Both the position numbers and the translations under genes were made by a program. Positions 1 through 8,630 of a DNA stretch of 31,322 nt are shown piece by piece. Location of the stretch: contig JAUWYL010000015.1 of NCBI GenBank assembly GCA_030615855.1, positions 1 through 31,322 of the forward strand, in the 5' to 3' direction. The DNA comes from a bacterium. GTDB taxonomy: Bacteria; UBP18; UBA7526. Position 1 is the first letter of the stretch. Every line of letters starts with the position of its first letter. The notes under the pieces were generated by a model, which saw only the letters and a program-made list of their open reading frames with translations, had not been told where the DNA came from and did no database searches.

Positions 1-43
1 ACAATGAAATCATTCCCGCTGGCAGACATCTTAGTAAACCTAA

Positions 44-1519
44 TCATTCCAAGCCTTTCTCCGCCATCTCTACCGCTCTTACAAGCGCTCTTGCCTTATT
101 CACCGTCTCTTGATATTCTTGCTCTGGAATAGATTCAGCAATGATCCCTGCTCCTGCCTGGATATAGGCCTGGTTTCCTTTAATGACTATGGTTCTTATG
201 GTAATACCGGTATCGAGATTCCCGGAGAAAGAAAAGTAGCCTACTGTTCCGGCATAGGGGCCCCTTCTTACTGGTTCTAACTCATCAATAATCTCCAGGG
301 CCCTTTTTCTTGGAGCACCCACAACTGTCCCAGCAGGGAAGTTAGAGCGCAGGACATCGAAAGAGTCTTTATTTTTTCGTAGTCTTCCGGTAATATCACT
401 CACGATGTGCATCACATGGGAGTATTTTTCGATGACCATGAGTTCATTTACCCTCACGCTTCCCGGTCTTGACACTTTCCCTACATCATCCTTCCCCAGG
501 TCAACAAGCATCATATGTTCTGCCCTATCCTTAGGATGGGCAAGGAGTTCTTTTTCTAAGGCTTGGTCTTCCTTTAAAGTCTTCCCCCGATGCCTGGTCC
601 CGGCAATGGGTCTTACCTCTACTATCCCCCCTTCCAACCTCACTAAAATCTCTGGTGAGGAACCGATCAATCTCAAACCCTTGCACCTTAAATAATACAT
701 ATAGGGGGAGGGGTTGATGGTTCGTAGTGCGCGATAGATATCAAAGGGATCAACGGTAATTTTAGTCTCAAATCTCTGGGAAAGCACGACCTGAATGATA
801 TCCCCTGCTTTAATATATTCCTTCGCCTTCTTTACCTTTCTCTTAAATCCCTCTTTCGTAAAATTCGACTTTATGATAATCGGTGAACGGTGAACGGTGA
901 ACGGTGAACGGTAATGGGGAGTTGGTTTCTTAAGCTGATTTACCAGATTTTCAATCCTCTCGATCGCCTCCTGGTAGGCCTTCTTGGGATCCTTCTTGAC
1001 AGAGGCATTGGAAATCACCTTTATCTTATGCTCTAAATGATCGAAGATGAGAAGGGTATCGGCTAAGAGAAAGATGGCATCCGGAAGGTTCAGGTCATCC
1101 GGGTTCTCGTCCGGGATTTCTTCAAAGAAGCGCACCATATCATAAGCGAGATAGCCCACCATCCCTCCCACGAACCTGGGAAGCCCCTTAACCTTTACAA
1201 ACTTATAATCTGCCATTAACTTTTTCAAAGTAATGAGGGGATCGAATACCTCTTGGATTTTCTTTTTTCCCTCGCTAATGATCTCTACCCTTCTTCCCTT
1301 GCTCTTAAATATTAAAGAGGGATTACTTCCTAAGAAAGAATAGCGACCTAATTTTTCCCCTCTTTCTGCGCTCTCTAAGAGATAGGCATAGTCACCAGTA
1401 TCGATCTTGGTGAAGGCAGAGACCGGAGTTTCAAAGTCTGCTAAGATTTCTCTATAGACTGGGATGAGGTTCCCTTTTTTAGATTTCTGAATAAATTCTT
1501 TTAGACTTGGATAATACAT
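44..1519 (-). CDS. Chorismate-utilising enzyme, anthranilate synthase component I / aminodeoxychorismate synthase component I family (TrpE/PabB)
   Basis: 491 aa; N-terminal 'ETPVSAF' region and C-terminal chorismate-binding signatures (GAPRKRALEIIDELEP, GTVGYF, AGAGIIAES); ATG start at 1517-1519; contains an in-frame heptamer tandem repeat at ~882-916. Confidence 0.8.
   Translation of the reverse strand: MYYPSLKEFIQKSKKGNLIPVYREILADFETPVSAFTKIDTGDYAYLLESAERGEKLGRYSFLGSNPSLIFKSKGRRVEIISEGKKKIQEVFDPLITLKKLMADYKFVKVKGLPRFVGGMVGYLAYDMVRFFEEIPDENPDDLNLPDAIFLLADTLLIFDHLEHKIKVISNASVKKDPKKAYQEAIERIENLVNQLKKPTPHYRSPFTVHRSPIIIKSNFTKEGFKRKVKKAKEYIKAGDIIQVVLSQRFETKITVDPFDIYRALRTINPSPYMYYLRCKGLRLIGSSPEILVRLEGGIVEVRPIAGTRHRGKTLKEDQALEKELLAHPKDRAEHMMLVDLGKDDVGKVSRPGSVRVNELMVIEKYSHVMHIVSDITGRLRKNKDSFDVLRSNFPAGTVVGAPRKRALEIIDELEPVRRGPYAGTVGYFSFSGNLDTGITIRTIVIKGNQAYIQAGAGIIAESIPEQEYQETVNKARALVRAVEMAEKGLE
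882..916. repeat. In-CDS tandem heptamer (GGTGAAC)x4 + degenerate copy; minus-strand CGTTCAC family
   Basis: Read directly from the sequence; encodes 'SPFTVHRSP' in the TrpE-like protein, reading frame preserved. Confidence 0.8.
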
Positions 1520-1531
1520 AGATAAACCTTT

Positions 1532-2293
1532 TTATAAACGAACTGCCACTCCCTTTTTCTTTAAATACTCCTTGGCCTCTCTTATAGTATATTCTCTGAA
1601 GTGGAAGATAGAGGCGGCCAAGACAGCGTCTGCCTTTCCTTCTGTCAGGGCTTGATATAGGTGCTCCAAGTTCCCGGCGCCGCCAGAGGCGATCACCGGA
1701 AGACCAGTAGCCTCAGCAATCAAACAAATGGAATGGATGTCATATCCCTTCTTTGTTCCATCAGCATCAATACTGGTAGGTAAGATTTCTCCTGCTCCCA
1801 AATTCTTTACCTCTTTGGCCCACTCGATAGCATCCTTGCCAGTAGGGGTCTTTCCTCCCTCAACAATCACCTCATATCCTGAGGGCATACTGGGATTTTT
1901 TCTGGTATCGATGGCTACAATGATACGCTTTGAGCCAAACTTTTGAGAGGCCTCTTTCACTAAATCTGGATTTCTGACCGCTGCGGTATTGATGGCTATT
2001 TTACTTGCCCCCGCTTCGAGTATCTTTTCTATATCTTCCAGGTTACCGATCCCTCCTCCAACAGTGAGTGGGATACTTATCGCTTGCGCTACCTTCTCCA
2101 CCCAGGGAAGCATGGTCTTTCTCTTCTCCACAGTAGCACTAATGTCAAGGAAGGCTAATTCGTCTGCTCCTTCTTTCTCATAAAGAAAGGCAATCTCAGC
2201 AGGATTTCCTACATCCTTCAGATCAACGAACTTTACTCCCTTAACCACACGGCCATCCTTGATATCCAGACAGGGAATGATTCTCTTGGTCAC
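1532..2293 (-). CDS. hisF: Imidazole glycerol phosphate synthase cyclase subunit HisF
   Basis: 253 aa; N-terminus 'KRIIPCLDIKDGRVVKGVKF' is the HisF signature (not HisA); GTG start overlapping the stop of the upstream GDH gene (GTGA). Confidence 0.85.
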   Translation of the reverse strand: MTKRIIPCLDIKDGRVVKGVKFVDLKDVGNPAEIAFLYEKEGADELAFLDISATVEKRKTMLPWVEKVAQAISIPLTVGGGIGNLEDIEKILEAGASKIAINTAAVRNPDLVKEASQKFGSKRIIVAIDTRKNPSMPSGYEVIVEGGKTPTGKDAIEWAKEVKNLGAGEILPTSIDADGTKKGYDIHSICLIAEATGLPVIASGGAGNLEHLYQALTEGKADAVLAASIFHFREYTIREAKEYLKKKGVAVRL

Positions 2294-3573
2294 GGATAGA
2301 TTCCTCGTAGTCTTGTGGCGTCTGCTACCCGGAAAACAGCAAGCATATAAGCGGCCATTCTCATATCTACTCTGTGCTTCTTCGCAGCGCGCAGGACATC
2401 ATAGAAAGCCTCAGTCATGATCTCCTCTAACCTTCGATTGACCTCTTCCTCCTTCCAGAAGAGGGCCTGGGTATCCTGAACCCATTCGAAGTAACTGACC
2501 ACCACCCCAGCGGCATTGGCTAAGATATCGGGAATGATGAATATCTTCTTCTTAGCTAATATCTTATCCGCTCTGGGAGTGATAGGACCATTGGCCGCCT
2601 CAGTAATCATCTTGGCTTTTATGATGCCAGCATTCTCCTCTGTGATCTGATTTTCCAGGGCAGCAGGAATGAGGACATCGACCTTTAAGCCAAATAGTTT
2701 CTCATTCGCTCTTTTAAAATCACTGATGAACTGTGGACCCTTGAAGCCCTTAATAACTTTATATTTAGTTCTTTTTACATGTTTTATCAAAGAAGGGATG
2801 TCTATCCCTTTAGGATTGAACAGACCGCCACTGATATCGCTGACCGCTATAATCTTCGCCCCGGCCTCACTCAATAGTTTAGCAGAGGCGCTCCCCACAT
2901 TCCCAAATCCCTGGATGGCAATGGTCGTCCCCTTTAAGGAAAGGCTAATGTGTTTCAATCCTTCCCGGGTAACGAACATCACTCCTCTTCCCGTAGCATC
3001 GAGCCTTCCTTTAGAACCTCCCAGGTGGACCGGCTTTCCGGTAACCACCCCAGGAACAGAGAATCCCTGATGCATACTGTAGGTATCCATCATCCAGGAC
3101 ATAACCTGAGGATTAGTATAAACATCGGGAGCGGCGATGTCCTTCTCCGGACCGATCATCATCATGATCTCGTAAGTAAACCTTCTGGTCAATCCCTCCA
3201 GTTCCTTTAAAGACATCTCCCTGGGGTTACAGTATACCCCTCCCTTGGCCCCTCCAAAGGGAATATTCACTACAGCGCACTTCCAGGTCATGAGCATGGC
3301 TAAGGCAGTAACCTCCTCCAAGGTAACCTCGGGATGATATCTTATCCCTCCCTTCCCCGGACCCCGATCCAGGTTATGCTGTACCCGATAGCCAGTAAAT
3401 ACTCTTAAATGACCGTTATCCATCTTGACTGGTATGGAGACGATCAAAGCCCGTTTGGGAAACTTGAGTTTATCCACCAGTCCTGGATCCAGTTTCAACT
3501 TCTTGGCCACCATATCCAATCGCTCCCGGGCATCGGCTAAGAATTGCATTCCTTTCCGGTAATCTCTGGTCAT
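2290..3573 (-). CDS. gdhA: Glutamate dehydrogenase (Glu/Leu/Phe/Val dehydrogenase family)
   Basis: 427 aa; 'GPGKGGIRYHP' and catalytic-Lys box 'NIPFGGAKGG'; C-terminal Rossmann GFGNVG; SD GGGGGAG upstream of ATG at 3571-3573. Confidence 0.85.
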   Translation of the reverse strand: MTRDYRKGMQFLADARERLDMVAKKLKLDPGLVDKLKFPKRALIVSIPVKMDNGHLRVFTGYRVQHNLDRGPGKGGIRYHPEVTLEEVTALAMLMTWKCAVVNIPFGGAKGGVYCNPREMSLKELEGLTRRFTYEIMMMIGPEKDIAAPDVYTNPQVMSWMMDTYSMHQGFSVPGVVTGKPVHLGGSKGRLDATGRGVMFVTREGLKHISLSLKGTTIAIQGFGNVGSASAKLLSEAGAKIIAVSDISGGLFNPKGIDIPSLIKHVKRTKYKVIKGFKGPQFISDFKRANEKLFGLKVDVLIPAALENQITEENAGIIKAKMITEAANGPITPRADKILAKKKIFIIPDILANAAGVVVSYFEWVQDTQALFWKEEEVNRRLEEIMTEAFYDVLRAAKKHRVDMRMAAYMLAVFRVADATRLRGIYP

Positions 3574-3685
3574 CTTCTCTCCCCCCTTATACGCTGATTT
3601 CTTTGTATTATTTATCTATTAAACTTTTGATTAAAAGCTTTTCTTCAGTTTGCAAGATAGACCTCACTATGTTCGGCAAAACGCG

Positions 3686-4084
3686 TTAGGATTTCACAAA
3701 TTGAAGACCATAACAAACCTTGCCGTAAAATTCTTTAATTTTTCCCACCCTGACATTCAGTTTCATCCCTATCTTTGGTTTATCCACCAATAATCGTCCC
3801 GATGCTCTTATACCGTTCTCAAACTCAACCAGGCCAAAGTCCAGATAGCGCTGATCAAATCCTATTGGTAAGTTCCAGAGTCTGGTATAAGTTAGAAGTT
3901 TGCAAGAACCTTTTAAAGGGGTCTTTTCCCAAGGTTTATATCCTTCTCTCTGGAAATTCGGTTCAATTTCCTGCTCCGGATAGCGCCGATATCCACATTT
4001 TTTACACCGCATTGGGGCGGGATAATGGAGCTGTCCGCATTTAGGACATTTGTAAGCATAGACATTTTTATCTACTCTATACAT
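3686..4084 (-). CDS. DUF35 family protein (Zn-ribbon + OB-fold), partner of thiolase-like protein
   Basis: 132 aa; CPKCG..(x)..CKKCG zinc ribbon followed by OB-fold-like region; 3 nt downstream of thiolase-like gene (classic thiolase/DUF35 pairing); SD AAAGGAG. Confidence 0.7.
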   Translation of the reverse strand: MYRVDKNVYAYKCPKCGQLHYPAPMRCKKCGYRRYPEQEIEPNFQREGYKPWEKTPLKGSCKLLTYTRLWNLPIGFDQRYLDFGLVEFENGIRASGRLLVDKPKIGMKLNVRVGKIKEFYGKVCYGLQFVKS

Positions 4085-4087
4085 TTA

Positions 4088-5311
4088 CTACTCCTTTGCC
4101 AAAATGGTAGCTACAACATTGTTTCCAAATCCTCCAAAATTGATCGCCAGACCATATTTTGGATTCTTAACCTGGCGGCCTTTCTCAGCTTCACTTCGCA
4201 GTTGCTTTACCAGTTCATGTATTTGAGAAATACCGGTGGCCCCCACAGGATGACCTTTGGCCTTCAATCCTCCGGAAGGATTAATTGGTAATCTCCCGGA
4301 AACTTCAGTTTCACCTTTCTCAGCTGCTTCGATTGCCTTACCCTTTTCAAAGAAACCAACCTCTTCAGCAAGACAAAGTTCCAAAATTACAAAGGCATCG
4401 TGAAGTTCAGCAAAAGAAATATCTTGAGGTCCGATACCGGCCATTTTATAAGCCATCTCAGCAGCCAGGCGAACAGCTTTTAAATCCAAAGGATCTTTTC
4501 TATTGTGAACGCAATGGGTGTCGGTAGCGGAACCAATACCGGCAATTCGTACTGGTTTCTTTTTAAATCTCGCAGCCCCATCCATAGCACACATCACAAC
4601 AGAAGATGCTCCATCTGAAACAGGGCACATATGATATAACCGCAAAGGTTCTGAAACGTAAGAATTGACAACAGAAGCATGGCAACTATCTGCAATCCCT
4701 TCCATGGTCACTGGTAATTGGACATGAGCAAAAGGATTTTTTTCTGCATTTAGATGGTCTTTTACGGCAATTAAAGATAACTGTCTTTCTGTCAGACCAT
4801 ATTTAGCCATATAAGCTCTGGTAAACATGGCTGCAAAAGCCGGTAAAGTCAGGCCATAAGGATATTCAACTTCTGGATGAGATAACGTGGCTACAAAATC
4901 TGTTGCTTCCCACCCAGTAACTCTTCGCATCTGCTCTCCCGCAGTGACCAGCACAACATCAACCATTCCAGAGACGATAGCCATATAGCCCATCTTGAAT
5001 GCTGAGGAACCCGAGGCCGGGCCATTGCTGACTAATTCAGCCATTGCCGGTTCCAGATTAAGCGTAGAAACCAGTGCAGATTCAATTCCTGTCTGATGAT
5101 TCAACATACCTGCTCCCATGTTGCCCACGATAACCTGGTCGATCCCCCCATCAATACCAGCATCTTCCATGGCATTTAGCGAGGCATAGGCCATGATATC
5201 GACCAGTTCATAATCACTAAGATTGCCAAATTTGGTATGTCCAATTCCTACTACCCCTACTTTTCTCACCCCGTTAGAAGTTTTTTCTTTTAAAAGTTGT
5301 TTTTTCTTCAT
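4088..5311 (-). CDS. Thiolase-like protein (SCP-x / nonspecific lipid-transfer-type thiolase)
   Basis: 407 aa; C-terminal thiolase motifs 'NPSGGLKAKGHPVGATG'; SD GGAG upstream of ATG 5309-5311. Confidence 0.75.
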   Translation of the reverse strand: MKKKQLLKEKTSNGVRKVGVVGIGHTKFGNLSDYELVDIMAYASLNAMEDAGIDGGIDQVIVGNMGAGMLNHQTGIESALVSTLNLEPAMAELVSNGPASGSSAFKMGYMAIVSGMVDVVLVTAGEQMRRVTGWEATDFVATLSHPEVEYPYGLTLPAFAAMFTRAYMAKYGLTERQLSLIAVKDHLNAEKNPFAHVQLPVTMEGIADSCHASVVNSYVSEPLRLYHMCPVSDGASSVVMCAMDGAARFKKKPVRIAGIGSATDTHCVHNRKDPLDLKAVRLAAEMAYKMAGIGPQDISFAELHDAFVILELCLAEEVGFFEKGKAIEAAEKGETEVSGRLPINPSGGLKAKGHPVGATGISQIHELVKQLRSEAEKGRQVKNPKYGLAINFGGFGNNVVATILAKE

Positions 5312-5325
5312 AGTTTCTCCGGTGC

Positions 5326-5350
5326 CCCATTAGAACTTCTAACGGGGCTC
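5326..5350 (-). other. Intercistronic RNA hairpin (11-bp stem, 1 mismatch) overlapping the GNAT-like stop, immediately 5' of the thiolase SD
   Basis: GCCCCATTAGAA-ct-TCTAACGGGGC; no U-tract follows, so not an intrinsic terminator. Confidence 0.4.
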
Positions 5351-6083
5351 ATCTGTGCCACCCTGGTATTTGGGGATACTCTTCCGGGAGAATGAGAGTA
5401 TCCGATGTTTTCAAAAGTTCTTCTGGCACCGGACGGGTTCCAGTAACCAATCTCTCTTTTGCAGCGAAATAAAGATCCCTGGTCAGAACATAGGTAGGAA
5501 CTCCTCCTAATTCGTGTTGAACATGAAATCTGGGCTCGAGTTGATATTCAATCATCCATCTTCGAAAGCCGATAGGACTTTCAGCCACAATAAACACTTC
5601 TTTCTGATTCAGGATCTCTATGTGGTATTCCATCTTTGCAGCGAACATTTGTGCTCCACAACGAAGGCCTCTCTTTATAGTCATGGTGTGATAACTCATA
5701 CCTAAATCATCATTAACAAGCCGTCCATTACAGATACTTGTGACAACCCCATCTATCGTTCCTACAAGACAATACTCATCACGAACCCGGTAACGGAAGA
5801 ACCCCAACAGTTCGGCATAAAAGCGGGCCGCCACAATATCATAGAAGTCCTTCTCTACCTTTATCAAAGGTTCTATCACTTCAAGAAGCAAAGGAATTTC
5901 TTCTCTTTTTGCCTGCCGGATCACCATTTTTTCTCCAGAAGCCATGGTAATGAATTTGGCTGGATAAGGTAGCATTTCTTTTTGAGGTGGCCGGAGCTTC
6001 ATCTCCAATTCATAAGCGATGTTCATAAACGCCTCCTTTGGTTTCCAATCTCCTTCACGGTTAACTTCTTCTCCATCTTCCAC
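5349..6083 (-). CDS. Hypothetical protein, possible GNAT-like acyl-CoA N-acyltransferase fold
   Basis: 244 aa; weak GNAT motif-A-like segment 'IKRGLRCGAQMFAAKMEY'; GTG start (alternative internal starts possible). Confidence 0.35.
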   Translation of the reverse strand: MEDGEEVNREGDWKPKEAFMNIAYELEMKLRPPQKEMLPYPAKFITMASGEKMVIRQAKREEIPLLLEVIEPLIKVEKDFYDIVAARFYAELLGFFRYRVRDEYCLVGTIDGVVTSICNGRLVNDDLGMSYHTMTIKRGLRCGAQMFAAKMEYHIEILNQKEVFIVAESPIGFRRWMIEYQLEPRFHVQHELGGVPTYVLTRDLYFAAKERLVTGTRPVPEELLKTSDTLILPEEYPQIPGWHR

Positions 6084-6204
6084 CTCCTCATTTTACAATG
6101 AACATTGAACATTTCACACTGCTCACTTTCCCACTTTCACACCTGCTCTTCGGCAGTCATTGCTTAATATTTATGCTCTCTCGGATGCCAGCTAAGCGCA
6201 TCCG

Positions 6205-7596
6205 TCATCTACGTCTAAGGTATTTGTTTATTGCCTGGGCGGCCCTCTTTCCATGTCCCATGGCATCGATCACCGTGGGCTCGCCCGGTATTATGTCTCC
6301 CCCCGCGAAGACTCCCGGGATAGAGGTGGCCCCATCCTTATCCACCAAAATATGGCCCTTAGGAGTGGTCTTCAGACTTGGGGTATAAGAAGGTAACAGA
6401 GGATTGGGCCCCTGGCCTATGGCTACCACTACCGTATCTACTTCCATCATAAACTGAGAACCCTCAATGGGTAAAGGCCTTCTCCTCCCACTCTCATCGG
6501 GCTCCCCCAATCTCATTCGGGTACACTCCATCCCTCTGACCCATCCCCTTTCATCTCCCAAGAAACGTATGGGCAAGGTCAGGAGTTTTATTCCTACTCC
6601 CTCTTCCTTAGCATGCTCTATCTCCTCCTGGCGAGCAGGCATCTCTTGTTCACTCCTTCGATAAGTAATGGTTACTTCTTCTGCTTCCAGGCGCTGGGCA
6701 ACCCGGGCAGCATCAAAAGCCACGTTTCCTCCCCCGATCACCGCCATCCTCCTTCCCTTTCTAACTGGGGTGTCGTACTCTGGAAACCTGTGGGCCTTCA
6801 TCAAGTTGACACGGGTCAGGAATTCATTCGCCGAATAGATACCATTCAAATTCTCTCCCGGGATGTTTAGAAAGCGAGGGAGCCCAGCCCCAGTGCCGAT
6901 AAAGACGGCCTTATATCCTTGCTCGAATAAATCCTTAAGAGTAAATACCTTGCCTATGAGCATATTGGTCTGGATCTCTACCCCCAGCCTTTTTATTCCC
7001 TCGATTTCAAAGTCCAGAACTCCTTTGGGCAATCTAAAGCCCGGGATCCCATACCTCAAGACCCCTCCTGGAAAATGCAAAGATTCGAATATGGTTACTC
7101 TATACCCTGATTTGGCCAGGTCGGCTGCTGCGGTCAACCCTGCCGGACCAGAACCCACCACCGCCACTTTTACATTTTTGAGTTTTGAGTTTTGCCCGCC
7201 CCGCTTCGCGGGGCGAGGCCGGGGAGTTTTGAGTTTAATATTCTGTGACTTGCCCCAGTCGGCAACAAACCTCTCCAACTTCCCAATGGCTAAAGGTTCT
7301 CCTTTTTTACCCAGAATACATTGGACCTCGCACTGGGTCTCCTGGGGGCAGACCCGACCGCAGATGGCGGGCAGGTTATTCTTCTCCCACAGGAGATTGA
7401 GGGCAGAATCGAACCTTCCCTCCTTTATATGAAGAGTGAATCCCGGGATGTCTATCCCTACCGGACATCCCTCCTTACAGGGTGCCGGGGAACATATCAG
7501 ACATCTACTGGCCTCTTCCCTTGCCCCTTCTGCGCTATATCCCAGGGCTACCTCTGCGAAGTTCCTAATCCTCTCCTCTGGCCTCTGCCTGGGCAT
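6205..7596 (-). CDS. NADPH-dependent glutamate synthase beta-subunit-like oxidoreductase (NfnB/SudA/GltD family)
   Basis: N-terminal Fe-S Cys cluster (CLICSPAPCKEGCP...CGRVCPQETQCEVQC), FAD/NAD Rossmann 'VAVVGSGPAGL' and 'VIGGGNVAFD'; start taken at internal ATG (7594-7596) giving 'MPRQRPEERIRNFAEV', which matches the SudA/NfnB N-terminus; ORF-track start is 7620; contains in-frame palindromic mini-insertion at ~7177-7238. Confidence 0.8.
   Translation of the reverse strand: MPRQRPEERIRNFAEVALGYSAEGAREEASRCLICSPAPCKEGCPVGIDIPGFTLHIKEGRFDSALNLLWEKNNLPAICGRVCPQETQCEVQCILGKKGEPLAIGKLERFVADWGKSQNIKLKTPRPRPAKRGGQNSKLKNVKVAVVGSGPAGLTAAADLAKSGYRVTIFESLHFPGGVLRYGIPGFRLPKGVLDFEIEGIKRLGVEIQTNMLIGKVFTLKDLFEQGYKAVFIGTGAGLPRFLNIPGENLNGIYSANEFLTRVNLMKAHRFPEYDTPVRKGRRMAVIGGGNVAFDAARVAQRLEAEEVTITYRRSEQEMPARQEEIEHAKEEGVGIKLLTLPIRFLGDERGWVRGMECTRMRLGEPDESGRRRPLPIEGSQFMMEVDTVVVAIGQGPNPLLPSYTPSLKTTPKGHILVDKDGATSIPGVFAGGDIIPGEPTVIDAMGHGKRAAQAINKYLRRR
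7177..7238. repeat. In-CDS mini-insertion: GAGTTTT direct repeats flanking GC-rich hairpin GCCCCGC-TTC-GCGGGGC
   Basis: Read directly; encodes 'KLKTPRPRPAKRGGQNSKLKN' immediately before the 'VAVVGSGPAG' Rossmann motif of the NfnB-like protein. Confidence 0.8.
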
Positions 7597-8431
7597 TCTC
7601 ACCCTTAAGTTCTTCCTCATATCTCTCCAGGGCTATCCTCTCCTCTTTTGTGAACCTTTTCTCCCGGACCAAAAGCTCATCGAAATCCACCAGCTCTCCT
7701 GGAAATTCTGGACCGTGGACGCAGACGAACCTATTCTCTTCTCCTACTCGTACACGACAGCTTCCACACATCCCAGTGCCATCCACCATGATGGTATTGA
7801 GGCTTACCGTAGTGGGAATTTTCTCCTTTTTAGTGATCTCACAGACCTTCTTCATCATGATCAAAGGTCCTATAGCCAGGACCTGATCCATCCTTTTCTT
7901 CTGGGCGATCAATCTCTCCAGGATATCGGTTACCAGGCCCTTCTCTCCATAGGAACCATCGTCAGTAGTGATATAGATCTCCTGGCTTAGATCCTTCATC
8001 TCTTTCTCTAAGATAATGAGCTCCTTAGTCCTAGCTCCCAGGATGGTGGTAATCCTATTCCCGGCCTCTTTTAGCGCTCTTGCAATAGGAACTAAGGGAA
8101 TGATCCCGATGCCCCCTCCAATAGTAAGCACCTCCCCATACTTCTCTATAGAGGTAGGTTTCCCCAAAGGGCCCAAAAGATCCGGGAGGGAATCCCCCAC
8201 CTTCAGGGTAGAGAGCTTCTTGGTAGTCTTTCCCACCTCCTGGAAGATGATGGTTATCCTGTCTTGGGTCCCATCCGCCTCATAGATGGTCAAGGGGATC
8301 CGTTCTCCCTGCTCATCGATTCTCAGGATGACGAATTGACCGGGCAGGGCTTTCTTAGCGATGAGGGGGGCCTCTATTTGGAATAGAGTGATCTCTGGCG
8401 CCACTCTTTTCTTGGCTACTATTTTGTTCAT
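7565..8431 (-). CDS. Ferredoxin-NADP+ reductase subunit alpha-like (NfnA/SudB/PyrK family; FAD + 2Fe-2S)
   Basis: 288 aa; PyrK-like FAD/NAD domain and C-terminal 2Fe-2S Cys motif 'GMCGSCRV...CVHGPEF'; 3' end overlaps start of NfnB-like gene. Confidence 0.8.
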   Translation of the reverse strand: MNKIVAKKRVAPEITLFQIEAPLIAKKALPGQFVILRIDEQGERIPLTIYEADGTQDRITIIFQEVGKTTKKLSTLKVGDSLPDLLGPLGKPTSIEKYGEVLTIGGGIGIIPLVPIARALKEAGNRITTILGARTKELIILEKEMKDLSQEIYITTDDGSYGEKGLVTDILERLIAQKKRMDQVLAIGPLIMMKKVCEITKKEKIPTTVSLNTIMVDGTGMCGSCRVRVGEENRFVCVHGPEFPGELVDFDELLVREKRFTKEERIALERYEEELKGENAQAEARGED

Positions 8432-8477
8432 CTTATCTAATCTTCAAGGGTTAGGAGGGGATAGAGGAGGAATATTG

Positions 8478-8630
8478 ATGTATCGGAGTATGGGCGTATT
8501 GGGGTATCGGTGTATCGGAGTGTCGGTGTAATGGTGTAAGTGAATATTTTTCTTTTTTACTCCCACACTCCACTACTCCCCTACCCCGTTACTCCCTTAC
8601 CCATCCTCACCCGTCCTTACCCTTCTCCTC
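8478..8630. repeat. Strand-asymmetric intergenic repeat region: G/T-rich (TATCGGAGT/GGTGTAAGTG units), then A/T centre, then C/T-rich (ACTCC/TTACCC units)
   Basis: Between NfnA-like start and aminotransferase stop; the two halves are loosely reverse-complementary. Confidence 0.7.

Noticed and set aside
6183-6206. Hairpin GGATGC-cagctaa-GCATCC overlapping the NfnB-like stop codon as an intrinsic terminator
   Set aside because: No U-tract follows on the transcribed (minus) strand, and the stem overlaps coding sequence. At most it is a stabilising hairpin.
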